This document shows, piece after piece, positions 1 through 9,329 of a DNA stretch of 32,000 bases; the first letter of the stretch is position 1, and each line of letters opens with the position of its first letter. The stretch spans positions 5,400,001 through 5,432,000 of the forward strand of contig NC_010296.1 in the NCBI RefSeq assembly GCF_000010625.1, written 5' to 3'. The DNA is from Microcystis aeruginosa NIES-843 (GTDB taxonomy: Bacteria; Cyanobacteriota; Cyanobacteriia; Cyanobacteriales; Microcystaceae). The notes under the pieces were generated by a model. That model saw nothing but the letters and a program-made list of their open reading frames with translations. It was not told the DNA's origin and did not search any database. The position numbers and the translations under genes were made by a program.

Positions 1-972
1 TTCTGCATAAACTATCGCTATTTGATCGCTACTATCTCCCCCCTCATCATCGAGAGAACTAGCATAATTAGCTAAAGAAATTTGCGAAAAGGAGCCAGAG
101 GTTTCCTCCTGATTAGTTTTATTTTTTGCTTCTCCTGTCAAATCCTTTGCTAAAGCAATTACTCGATCTAAATAGGCCACTTCATCGACAAAACCCGCCT
201 TTTTCGCCGTGGTTGCTTCCAGAATACCTTGAGTATCAGAAATAGTTTGCACCTGTTGGGGGGTTAAATTGCGACTTTTGGCCACTGTGGCACTATAATT
301 AGACCAAATTGTATCGAGTAGGGTTTGCAGCTGCTGACGATTCTGGACACTTAAATCCTGACGCGTATAGGGTTCCACCGCACCTTTAAAAGAACCCACT
401 TTTACCACTTGTACCCCCACACCATACTTTTCTAGTGCATCGGCAAAAAAGGTTTGTTGACTACTTAAACCATTAATTTCCATTCTCCCCACGGGATTAA
501 TAATCACCTTTTCAGCAACGGAAGCGAGATAATATTCCTTTTCCGTCCATTCCACATCGTAGGCGATAATTTTTTTACCCGATTGGCGAAATTTTGCCAA
601 AGCTTGCCGCACTTCCGTCAGGGTAGCATAGCCATATTCACCGACAGTGCCGCGACCGTAGAGTAACAGACCGACAATACTATCATCAAGGGCGGCCTTT
701 TCGATCGCCGCTATCACCTGTCGTAAATTTAAAGTGGTCCGACTCTCACTGGTCAAACTATCGGCTAAACTTGAACTAGGGGGAGCATCGCTGATATTGG
801 TGGCTAAGTTAAAGACTAAGACTGATTTTTCCTTAACTGAGGAGCTATCGCTAGAAATCAGGAAAGAAAGCAGTAGAAATGCTAATCCCCCCACACCTAG
901 GGACGAAAATACCAATAATCCCAATAAAGTTCCCAAGCAACTAGCGAAAGTTTGTTTAAAAAACTGACCCAT
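1..972 (-). CDS. sppA: Signal peptide peptidase SppA (67K type), N-terminal 324 codons; the 3' end runs off the window
   Basis: Absent from the ORF track because the window edge truncates it. My translation of the minus strand from the ATG at 972..970 reads MGQFFKQTFASCLGTLLGLLVFSS (membrane anchor) ...IVGLLLYGRG...KKIIAYDVEWTEKEYYLASVAEKVIINPVG...VKVGSFKGAVEPYTR...IAIVYAE, with no stop down to position 1 (972 nt = 324 codons). This is the typical SppA layout. The + strand ORF 734..967 is its antisense shadow. Confidence 0.8.
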   Translation of the reverse strand, partial: MGQFFKQTFASCLGTLLGLLVFSSLGVGGLAFLLLSFLISSDSSSVKEKSVLVFNLATNISDAPPSSSLADSLTSESRTTLNLRQVIAAIEKAALDDSIVGLLLYGRGTVGEYGYATLTEVRQALAKFRQSGKKIIAYDVEWTEKEYYLASVAEKVIINPVGRMEINGLSSQQTFFADALEKYGVGVQVVKVGSFKGAVEPYTRQDLSVQNRQQLQTLLDTIWSNYSATVAKSRNLTPQQVQTISDTQGILEATTAKKAGFVDEVAYLDRVIALAKDLTGEAKNKTNQEETSGSFSQISLANYASSLDDEGGDSSDQIAIVYAE

Positions 973-1610
973 CGGTTTTCATCTACTACTAATTATCCTG
1001 TTTCCTATTGTAGGGATTCCCCGCCCAGAAACAAGTTTTTTATCTGACTGCCTGACACATCTTGCTGAATCACCGACAGGTTAAGACACGGATGCGAGAG
1101 AACCAAATTCGGTCAAAGAAATCTTGTTTAGCTGGCTTGGAAGCAAAAATTGGTTCGAGGGATGAAACCCTTATAGAGAAAGACATTCGGCTATTTTTGT
1201 CAATTGTTTTCGCTCTAGAACAAAAGTGGTCTAGATTTTTTACTTCTATCTTTGACATTTTTCTTGACTTGAATATTTTTTGAGAACTTTTTTAGTTTCT
1301 CACTTTTTCTACTCCAAGAGCATAAGTATAAATACTTAAGCTATTTTCATTTTATATGCTACCAGTCATAAGCTGTTGACTATCTAAATTGCTCGTTAAG
1401 ACTGCAAGGGAGAAGGAGCAGGGAGAGGAAGTTTGAGCATTTGTACTAAAATTTTCAATCCGCAGTTTAAATTCAGTACAGCTTACTACAATTGGAAGTG
1501 CGGAATGTGGGTTAGAGGTCTATTATTGTCGTGCCTCTATCGGCTGAAAATACCGAAAAAAAACTCTTAAGTTATACTAAAATAATTAATACAGACACAC
1601 ATCTTCCCAG

Positions 1611-3005
1611 ATGGTGAAAAGGAATTATTTACCCTTGAAAACCACAGTTAAAGTCAGCACACAAACCCAATTACCCCTACATCTAGTTATCACCCATCCC
1701 CAGTATCGTTTTATCGATTTATTCGCGGGAATCGGTGGTTTTAGAATCGCTTTGGAGAAATTGGGAGGACGTTGTTTAGGCTATTCAGAAATCGATAAAC
1801 AGGCCATCCAAGTTTATCAACAAAATTTTATTAGCTATCTCAACAGCAATGAAATTGCTTTCGGAGATGTGAGTAAAATTAGCAATTTACCCGATAATCT
1901 CGATTTTATTGTCGGCGGCGTTCCCTGTCAACCTTGGTCGGTGGCGGGATGTTTACGGGGATTTGAGGATCCCCGGGGAAAACTCTGGTTTGATGTGATT
2001 AAATTAGTCCAGAAAAGTCAACCGAAAAGCTTTATTTTCGAGAATGTCAGTGGTTTAGCTAGTCCTCGCAATCGGGAGAATTTAGAGTTAATTATCGATG
2101 AATTAACCGGCTGTGGTTATCAAGTTTACTGGCAGTTATTAAATGCCTACGATTTTGGTTTACCCCAGAATCGCGAGAGAGTTTTTATCGTAGGAATTAG
2201 AAAAGATATAGACAACTATGAGCGGTTTAAATTTCCTTTACCTTTGGGTATCCATCCGAAGGTTTTGGATATTTTAGAAGACATCAAGAATATTCAACCG
2301 GTTAAGAAAGTCAAGTTATCTGCGGATACTTTATTTAATGGTTTTGTTCCTCCATCAAGAACTCGTTTTCAAAAAGAAGATGAATTAAATGACTTTTTTA
2401 TTTTTTCTGATTTAAGAAATGGCCACACAACTATTCATTCTTGGGATATTATCAAAACTACGGAACGACAAAAAAGTATCTGTTTAGCTTTGCTGAAATT
2501 AAGACGCAGTAAAAAGTATGGCGAAAAAGATGGTCATCCCGTGGCTTTTTCTACTTTTTTGGAAATTATACCCGACCTAAAAATCGAGGAACTAAATCAG
2601 TTAGTTTCTCTGGGGATTTGTTGGCAAACGCAGGAGGGTAAGTATGAATTTATTAACTCGAAAAATATGACGGGAATTAACGGCATTTATCGGATCATTT
2701 TACCGACGGCCGATATTATTCCTACCCTAACCGCTACGGGTGCTAAAGATTATATTGCTACTATTTCAATTACCGCTACTCATCCCCAAGAATACAAACA
2801 ATTGTTTTTAAAGAAAATCTATAAACCCAAAAAGTTTCGAGAAATTACTCCCCAAGATGCGCGTAAATTACAAGGATTCCCCGATAATTTTATCTATCAT
2901 CCACAGTCAGCTATCGCTAAAAAACAATTCGGAAATTCTGTTCCTATAACTGTAGTGCAAGCAGTAGCAAGAAATTTACTAGAAATAATTCGTCCCGATT
3001 ATTAG
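1611..3005 (+). CDS. DNA (cytosine-5)-methyltransferase
   Basis: 464-aa ORF with the C5-MTase motifs in canonical order: I FIDLFAGIGGF, IV GGVPCQPWS, VI FIFENVSGL, VIII QNRERVFIVG, TRD dipeptide region PTLTATG, IX REITPQDARKLQGFPDNF, X GNSVPITV. Confidence 0.92.
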   Translation: MVKRNYLPLKTTVKVSTQTQLPLHLVITHPQYRFIDLFAGIGGFRIALEKLGGRCLGYSEIDKQAIQVYQQNFISYLNSNEIAFGDVSKISNLPDNLDFIVGGVPCQPWSVAGCLRGFEDPRGKLWFDVIKLVQKSQPKSFIFENVSGLASPRNRENLELIIDELTGCGYQVYWQLLNAYDFGLPQNRERVFIVGIRKDIDNYERFKFPLPLGIHPKVLDILEDIKNIQPVKKVKLSADTLFNGFVPPSRTRFQKEDELNDFFIFSDLRNGHTTIHSWDIIKTTERQKSICLALLKLRRSKKYGEKDGHPVAFSTFLEIIPDLKIEELNQLVSLGICWQTQEGKYEFINSKNMTGINGIYRIILPTADIIPTLTATGAKDYIATISITATHPQEYKQLFLKKIYKPKKFREITPQDARKLQGFPDNFIYHPQSAIAKKQFGNSVPITVVQAVARNLLEIIRPDY

Positions 3006-3214
3006 ACTGCGGGATACTGACTCATATTAAAATATTTAAAGGCTTAAAAATCCAAGTTTTCGTTGTGGGGACTCCCTCGTCAGAAGTCAGTCATCAATAC
3101 CAAATTAAGTTATACTTCATCTTTATGAGAAAGTCTGTCAATTATCCTAATTGCTAAGGAGGTTAAAAATTGAGACATTTCCTAGTAAAAATCTAACTAC
3201 TTTAAATTGAAAAA

Positions 3215-4108
3215 ATGATCATGTTTAAACGATACGAAGCTGATGAGCAAGTTATATTTCATGGTGATTCTTTGCCGATTTTATCCAGTGAGATTGCCTC
3301 TAATTCTGTAGATCTAATTTTTCTCGATCCTCCCTATAATATAGGTAAGCACTTTGCCGATTTTTACGACAAATGGGAATCGGAAAATGATTATATAAAT
3401 TGGGCAAATCAAATTCTTGATCAGTGTCTTCGCATCTTGAAACCCCAGGGAACATTATATGTTATGGCCAGCACTCAAGCAATGCCTTACTTTGATCTTT
3501 ACTTAAGACAAAAAATGACGATTCTTAGTCGCATTATCTGGCATTATGATAGTTCAGGAGTACAAGCAACAAAATACTTTGGTTCGATGTATGAACCAAT
3601 ACTTCACTGTGTGAAAGATAAAAATAATTACACTTTTAATTCAAAGGATATTAAGATAGAAGCAAAAACCGGAGCAAAACGAAAACTAATTGATTATAGA
3701 AAAGCGATTCCGAGTCAATACAATACAGAGAAAGTACCGGGCAATGTCTGGTATTTCCCTAGGGTAAGATATCGCATGGATGAATACGAAAATCATCCCT
3801 CACAAAAACCTGAATCATTGCTAGAAAGAATTATTTTGGCCAGCACTGACAAGAGTGGAATTGTGCTTGATCCCTTTGCAGGAACTTTTACAGCTGCAGC
3901 TGTAGCTAAACGTTTGGGAAGAATTTCTATTAGTATAGAATCGCAAGAGGAGTATTTAAAAATTGGTCTTCGACGGATTCTCGGATGGCAAGAATACAAG
4001 GAAGAAAAGTTACTACCACCTCAAAAAAGCTATAGTAGAAAAAGCGAAAATAAACAAGAATCTAACTTTGTACAGGAGAGTCTTTTCGATGTCGATAGTC
4101 AAGCATGA
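3215..4108 (+). CDS. Beta-class amino DNA methyltransferase (N6-adenine favoured, N4-cytosine not excluded)
   Basis: 297-aa ORF. Catalytic motif IFLDPPYNIG lies near the N-terminus and AdoMet motif VLDPFAGTFTAAAVAKRLGR near the C-terminus. Motif IV before motif I is the beta-class order. Confidence 0.85.
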   Translation: MIMFKRYEADEQVIFHGDSLPILSSEIASNSVDLIFLDPPYNIGKHFADFYDKWESENDYINWANQILDQCLRILKPQGTLYVMASTQAMPYFDLYLRQKMTILSRIIWHYDSSGVQATKYFGSMYEPILHCVKDKNNYTFNSKDIKIEAKTGAKRKLIDYRKAIPSQYNTEKVPGNVWYFPRVRYRMDEYENHPSQKPESLLERIILASTDKSGIVLDPFAGTFTAAAVAKRLGRISISIESQEEYLKIGLRRILGWQEYKEEKLLPPQKSYSRKSENKQESNFVQESLFDVDSQA

Positions 4109-5168
4109 ATTCACCAAGATAATTATTAAAATTATCGATAATTACTTTCCCAATCAGGGAAATAGCATTTTAAATGCTAGTGAGTTATTGCAATATTTGA
4201 ACATTAAAACTAGAGCCGCTAATCGAGGTTCTAAATCCCGAGCAGGATTGGCTAACCATTATGCCATTTATGTTTTAGTGGAAGACTATATTAATAATGA
4301 GTTTCATCTTAAGGATGGATACGACGAGTATCAAGGCGCTCAGTATATGACACTTTTTCGCAGGCAAAGGGAGCTTCCTTTTGGCGATAAATTACAAAAT
4401 CATGCTCTCAATCATCGATTAAATCAGGAATTTAACAAGTATTTTCCCACTTTATCTTATCTGCCGATAATTAGAGATGTTAAAACCAATAGATACTGGA
4501 TTAATGAGAATTTAATTAAGTTTTCTCTAGAGGGTAATCAAGTTAATATTGCCCTGGTAATTATAGATATAATTGATGCCTATGTGCAAACAAGACAAAA
4601 AGCATTTAATCAATTTATCAGCTATTGTCAACAGATGATTGATATTCAACAGCAAGATCCCCAGAGAGCCATTGAATTTATTCGGAGTTTACTCAGACCA
4701 AACATTGATGCTAGAGTTTTTGAGATTGTCAGTTATGCAATTCTTAAAGAGTATTATGGGGAACGGAAAATATATTGGGGATGGTCGCCTGATCAGTTAA
4801 ACTCTGAATACTTACTTTTATATAAAACTGGTCGAACAAATGCCAATGACGGGGGGATAGATTTTGTCATGAAACCCCTAGGTCGATTTTTTCAAGTTAC
4901 GGAAACGATAGCTGCTGATAAATATTTTTTAGATATTGATAAAGTGCAAAAATATCCCATTACTTTTGTGGTTAAAACCGAGCAGACTTGCGAGGAAATT
5001 TTAGAAAAAGTTGCGGAGCAAGCTAAGATAAGATACAAGATCAGGGCAATTGTCGAAAGATATCTAGAATCGGTAGAGGAAGTGATCAATATTCCCGAAT
5101 TAATCAACCGTTTTGAGCGGGTTTTAGCTCAAGGTAAAGGAGGAGCGGTAATTGCAGAAATGGTTTGA
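4089..5168 (+). CDS. Candidate type II restriction endonuclease (Mrr-like PD-(D/E)xK core suspected)
   Basis: Track ORF 3963..5168 overlaps the MTase by 146 nt. The in-frame ATG at 4089 is preceded by AGGAG (4074..4078) and overlaps the MTase stop by 20 nt, the usual M-R coupling. The protein has FEIVSYAILKEYYG...NDGGIDFVMKP...FFQVTET, which resembles the FE...DGGID...Q.K core of Mrr-type nucleases. The function is otherwise inferred from position. Confidence 0.5.
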   Translation: MSIVKHEFTKIIIKIIDNYFPNQGNSILNASELLQYLNIKTRAANRGSKSRAGLANHYAIYVLVEDYINNEFHLKDGYDEYQGAQYMTLFRRQRELPFGDKLQNHALNHRLNQEFNKYFPTLSYLPIIRDVKTNRYWINENLIKFSLEGNQVNIALVIIDIIDAYVQTRQKAFNQFISYCQQMIDIQQQDPQRAIEFIRSLLRPNIDARVFEIVSYAILKEYYGERKIYWGWSPDQLNSEYLLLYKTGRTNANDGGIDFVMKPLGRFFQVTETIAADKYFLDIDKVQKYPITFVVKTEQTCEEILEKVAEQAKIRYKIRAIVERYLESVEEVINIPELINRFERVLAQGKGGAVIAEMV

Positions 5169-5266
5169 CAGAGCCGGATTGAGTTTAACCTAGAATCAGA
5201 GCCATAAAGATATCTAACTCCCCAGCTAAACTAGAATAGAAAGATAGGAAAGCGATCGAAATTAGA

Positions 5267-6901
5267 ATGACGACCGAAATTGAAAAAGAACTAGAAACCA
5301 GCGAAGCTGTCTTGGAAAAACGGCGAAATTTTGCCATTATCTCCCACCCTGACGCGGGAAAGACCACCCTGACCGAAAAACTGTTACTATACGGGGGTGC
5401 AATCCATCAAGCGGGTGCAGTCAAAGCAAGACGCGACCAACGCAAAGCCACCTCCGACTGGATGGAAATGGAAAAACAACGGGGAATTTCGATTACTTCC
5501 ACGGTTTTACAGTTCGATTATCGTGATTTTCAGATTAATCTCCTCGATACTCCCGGCCACCAAGATTTTAGCGAAGATACCTATCGTACCCTGGCCGCTG
5601 CCGATAATGCGGTGATGTTAATCGACGCGGCCAAAGGTTTGGAACCCCAAACGAGAAAACTCTTTGAAGTGTGCAAACTGCGGCAGTTACCCATCTTTAC
5701 CTTTGTTAACAAAATGGATCGCCCCGGCCGCGAACCTCTGGATTTATTGGACGAAATCGAGCGAGAATTAGGATTACAGACCTATCCCGTCAATTGGCCG
5801 ATCGGAATTGGCGATCGCTTTCGGGGAGTTTTTGATCGAGCCACCCAGACCATACACCTGTTTGAACGTCGCTCCCACGGCTCTCAGGAGGCGCAGGAAA
5901 CCGTGATCGAGCTTGGCGACCCCAAAATTGAGGATTATCTCGAAAAAGACCTGTATTACCAGTTAAAAGAGGATATAGAACTACTCTCGGAATTGGGTGC
6001 AGAATTGGATTTGCCAGCAGTTCACGCAGGAGAAATGACCCCGATCTTTTTTGGTAGCGCCATGACCAATTTTGGGGTGAAATTATTCCTAGAATCCTTC
6101 CTCGACTATGGATTGGCACCCAGAGGACGCAATTCCTCCCTCGGTGTCCTTGATCCCACCTATCCCGATTTCACCGGTTTTGTCTTCAAACTGCAAGCAA
6201 ACATGGATCCCAAACATCGGGACCGGGTAGCCTTTGTGCGGGTATGTACGGGGAAATTCGAGAAGGATATGGTAGTAAACCACGCTAGAACCGGTAAAAC
6301 TATCCGTTTATCCCGTCCTCAGAAACTTTTTGCTCAAGATCGCGCAGTTATTGAAGAAGCTTATCCCGGAGATGTGATCGGATTGAATAACCCCGGGGTC
6401 TTTGCGATCGGTGATACCATTTATATGGGTAAAAAGCTCGAATACGAAGGTATTCCCTGTTTTTCTCCGGAATTATTCGCCTATCTCAGAAATCCTAACC
6501 CTTCCAAGTTCAAACAGTTTCAAAAAGGAGTCTCGGAATTACAGGAAGAAGGGGCCGTACAGATATTATCCTCGATCGATGAATTTAAACGCGACCCGAT
6601 TTTAGCCGCCGTCGGTCAATTACAGTTTGAAGTGGTGCAATTCCGTCTTTTAAGCGAGTACGGAGTCGAAACTACCCTCGAACCCCTAGCCTATAGTTTA
6701 GCCCGTTGGGTCGCCGGGGGTTGGGCCGCTTTAGAAAAAGCAGGTAAACTCTTTAATACTCTAACTGTCAAAGATTACTGGGGTCGTCCCGTCTTATTAT
6801 TCAAAAATGAGTGGAATTTACAGCAAGTCAAAGAAGATCATCCCTCTTTGCAATTAAACTCGATCGCACCGGTAGGATCGGGAGTGCAACCCCAATCCTA
6901 A
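5267..6901 (+). CDS. prfC: Peptide chain release factor 3 (translational GTPase)
   Basis: 544-aa [31 protein letters not shown] (G1), [26 protein letters not shown] (G3), FVNKMDR (G4). Length and N-terminal pattern are typical of RF3. Confidence 0.95.
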   Translation: MTTEIEKELETSEAVLEKRRNFAIISHPDAGKTTLTEKLLLYGGAIHQAGAVKARRDQRKATSDWMEMEKQRGISITSTVLQFDYRDFQINLLDTPGHQDFSEDTYRTLAAADNAVMLIDAAKGLEPQTRKLFEVCKLRQLPIFTFVNKMDRPGREPLDLLDEIERELGLQTYPVNWPIGIGDRFRGVFDRATQTIHLFERRSHGSQEAQETVIELGDPKIEDYLEKDLYYQLKEDIELLSELGAELDLPAVHAGEMTPIFFGSAMTNFGVKLFLESFLDYGLAPRGRNSSLGVLDPTYPDFTGFVFKLQANMDPKHRDRVAFVRVCTGKFEKDMVVNHARTGKTIRLSRPQKLFAQDRAVIEEAYPGDVIGLNNPGVFAIGDTIYMGKKLEYEGIPCFSPELFAYLRNPNPSKFKQFQKGVSELQEEGAVQILSSIDEFKRDPILAAVGQLQFEVVQFRLLSEYGVETTLEPLAYSLARWVAGGWAALEKAGKLFNTLTVKDYWGRPVLLFKNEWNLQQVKEDHPSLQLNSIAPVGSGVQPQS

Positions 6902-7013
6902 CCCTTAATCCCCCAAGACAATTGCCGAACTGGTCAGGACAAGATAGCGACCCCCCAGACAACTAGACTAAAGTAGAAGTGGTCAGAAAGTCTCGATCTT
7001 TCCTAACACTCGG

Positions 7014-7724
7014 ATGTCTCAAAGCACTATCGTTGACGAGTCCCTCACCATTAGAAAAAGTCCTGCTGTCAATTCCCGAATTAATCCCTGTTTAATTCGC
7101 TTTTGTTATTTTCTGGGAAATTATCTGGTTTTACCGGCTTTTTTCGGCAAAATAACGGTGACAGGCCAAGAAAATATTCCCCTAACGGGGGGGGTCATCC
7201 TTGCACCTACCCATCGGTCCCGTTGGGATGCGCTGATTTTACCCTACGCGGTGGGACGCTTAGTTAGTAGACGCGATTTGCGCTTTATGGTTTCCGCTAA
7301 CGAGATGAAAGGGGTGCAAGGTTGGTTTATCCGACGTTTGGGGGGTTTTCCCGTCAACACCGATCACCCCGGTATGGGTAGTCTGGTCCATAGCGTCGAA
7401 CTTTTGGCCGCGGGGGAAATGGTGGCGATTTTTCCGGAAGGGGGTATCTGTCGCGATCGAGTGGTTCATCCTCTTAAACCGGGGGTAGCGCGGATCGCGT
7501 TGGAAGTTAAGACCATGAAACCCGATGCAGATATCAAGATTTTGCCGGTAAGCATTAGTTATAATCAGCCTTACCCCGGATGGGGAAGCGAAGCGACAGT
7601 AAACATCGGTCAAGGGATTAATGTGCTTGATTATCAACAAAATTCGCTAAAACGGGAAACTGTCCGCTTAACCAAAACCTTGAGCGATCGCTTAAAACTT
7701 CTCCACGAGGATCAATCCCCTTAA
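7014..7724 (+). CDS. 1-acyl-sn-glycerol-3-phosphate acyltransferase family protein (PlsC-like)
   Basis: 236-aa ORF with the HX4D acyltransferase motif (APTHRSRWDALIL) and the FPEGG block (VAIFPEGGICRD). Confidence 0.85.
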   Translation: MSQSTIVDESLTIRKSPAVNSRINPCLIRFCYFLGNYLVLPAFFGKITVTGQENIPLTGGVILAPTHRSRWDALILPYAVGRLVSRRDLRFMVSANEMKGVQGWFIRRLGGFPVNTDHPGMGSLVHSVELLAAGEMVAIFPEGGICRDRVVHPLKPGVARIALEVKTMKPDADIKILPVSISYNQPYPGWGSEATVNIGQGINVLDYQQNSLKRETVRLTKTLSDRLKLLHEDQSP

Positions 7725-7920
7725 TCAGCTGTTGACTATCTACCGCACAAGTGGGATTTCAAGGACGGATTAAAATGATTGTTTTAACTATTTTTAAGCA
7801 AAAAAGTGGCTTTTTTAGTTTAAATAAATAATATCTTGTTTTTTTCTGCTTCTAGCTCCTGAATACTGCCTCGAAGACCCATCAGATCGGTGAAAATGTC
7901 CGATTGTTGCAGGGGGTCTA

Positions 7921-8952
7921 ATGATAGAATGGGCATCAGCGAAAGTAGTTTGTGAGCGAAGTGATCCGATGCAGTTCCAAATCCAGCCAGACAGTGAAAT
8001 ACCCGCCTCTAAGCAATTATTTGACCAAATTCGCTTCGCTATCGCCTCTCGTCAGTATCCCCCGGGCCATCGTTTACCTAGTACCCGTCAACTAGCTATG
8101 ATCACGGGATTACACCGTAATACGATAAGTAAAATTTATCAACAACTGGAAGACGATGGGTTAGTGGAATCCATAGCAGGTTCGGGGATTTATGTGAAGG
8201 CTCGCGGGCATGAAAACGATAATTTATTGGGTTCGCCCCTATTGGAACAAAATCCAGAAATAGGCCGACTAATTCGCCAGAGTTTGGCTGGTTTTCTCGC
8301 TCAAGGTTTAACTTTAGAGCAAATTCGCGAGTTATTACTGGCGGAAATCGATTGGCGATCGCAGTGTGGTTCTCAAGTTCTTGTCACCATTCCCCGTCAC
8401 GATTTGGGTGCAGGAAAACTAATGTTGAGAGAATTAGAGCAATCCCTCAAAATTCCCGTCCAATTAGTGGCAATGGAGGATTTAGCCCAAGTTTTAGCCA
8501 ATACTAAATCTGCCACTGTTGTCACCAGTCGCTATTTTATCAGTGTGGCGGAGGAAATTGCCGCTCCTTTTCACCTGCGAGTCATTCCCATCGATATCTA
8601 CGATTACAGCAAGGAATTGGCATTAATCAAAAAATTACCCACCGATAGCCGCTTGGGGATTGTCAGTATTAGCACCGGTATTATTAAGGTGGCCGAAATT
8701 TTAATTCATAGTTTACGGGGCGATGATTTATTAGTTATGTCTGCCCAAATTCATGAAACGGATAAGTTAAAAGTTTTAGCTCGAACTTCCCAGACAATTA
8801 TCAGTGATCAAGCGAGTTATACTTTAATTAAAAATCTGATTAATGAAGTGCGATCGGATTTAATTCGTCTGCCAGAAATTATCTGTAGTGATAATTATAT
8901 TGGGGATAAATCAATTCAATTGCTAAGACGAGAATTAGGATTAGGTGGTTAG
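7921..8952 (+). CDS. GntR-family transcriptional regulator, probably the cyanobacterial PlmA-type subfamily; the true start may be the ATG at 7969
   Basis: N-terminal winged-helix pattern IPASKQLFDQIRFAIASRQYPPGHRLPSTRQLAMITGLHRNTISKIYQQLEDDGLVESIAGSGIYV. The ~250-aa C-terminal domain is unlike the FadR/HutC/MocR effector domains I recognise. The PlmA assignment is from memory of that subfamily's size and phyletic range. Confidence 0.8.
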   Translation: MIEWASAKVVCERSDPMQFQIQPDSEIPASKQLFDQIRFAIASRQYPPGHRLPSTRQLAMITGLHRNTISKIYQQLEDDGLVESIAGSGIYVKARGHENDNLLGSPLLEQNPEIGRLIRQSLAGFLAQGLTLEQIRELLLAEIDWRSQCGSQVLVTIPRHDLGAGKLMLRELEQSLKIPVQLVAMEDLAQVLANTKSATVVTSRYFISVAEEIAAPFHLRVIPIDIYDYSKELALIKKLPTDSRLGIVSISTGIIKVAEILIHSLRGDDLLVMSAQIHETDKLKVLARTSQTIISDQASYTLIKNLINEVRSDLIRLPEIICSDNYIGDKSIQLLRRELGLGG

Positions 8953-9058
8953 AGGATAAGCTAGGACACATTTTAACCGCTAAATCTCTCCCAATCCCTT
9001 TACTGTTACCTCTTGCCTTATCTCAACAAGCAATTTAAGTAGGGAGGCACAATTATTT

Positions 9059-9123
9059 GTAGGATGGGTTAGCGGTAGCGTAACCCATGCTGGCGTTGGG
9101 TTTCATGCTTCAACCCAACCTAC
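9059..9123. repeat. Small nested-palindrome element (dispersed-repeat/MITE-like)
   Basis: gtagg-a-[gggtta gcggtagcg taaccc]-atgctggc-[gttgggtt tcatgcttc aacccaac]-ctac. Two internal hairpins are enclosed by the outer inverted arms gtagg/cctac. It is intergenic, with no ORF. Confidence 0.5.
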
Positions 9124-9329
9124 GTTCATCTTATATTTAATTCCACTCACCCACTTAAATGCGCGGGCGGCTGAACTTTAAAATTTATTTTAGTCTATGG
9201 TTACTATTGACAATAACTTAGAGCAAATCGAGAATAAAAGCGAAAAAAACTTTTAGGAAGTATTAAATTTTTAGTACAATGGCGAAAGAATAGGGACAAG
9301 CTCAATTTTTCACTCTCGAACGAGGCTAA

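Noticed and set aside
734-967. 77-aa + strand ORF
   Set aside because: It lies entirely antisense to the well-supported sppA reading frame (minus strand, 1..972) and has low-complexity content. It is a shadow ORF.
1062-1283. Overlapping small ORFs (73 aa on + and 62 aa on -) in the 638-bp sppA/MTase intergenic region
   Set aside because: They are mutually antisense, have no motif and no convincing RBS, and are AT-rich. I cannot support either as a gene.
1460-1503. Single CRISPR-repeat-like sequence (gtttaaattcagtacagcttactacaattggaag) flanked by ccgca/tgcgg
   Set aside because: There is only one copy, with no spacer-repeat periodicity and no cas genes in the window.
3963-4088. 5' extension of the nuclease ORF (track start 3963)
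   Set aside because: It would overlap the MTase coding region by 146 nt in another frame. The ATG at 4089, with AGGAG 10 nt upstream, is a far more plausible start.
9207-9280. Promoter for the operon (TTGACA at 9207..9212; TACAAT at 9275..9280)
   Set aside because: The two hexamers are not at compatible spacing with each other, and neither has a good partner element. A promoter cannot be called without TSS data.
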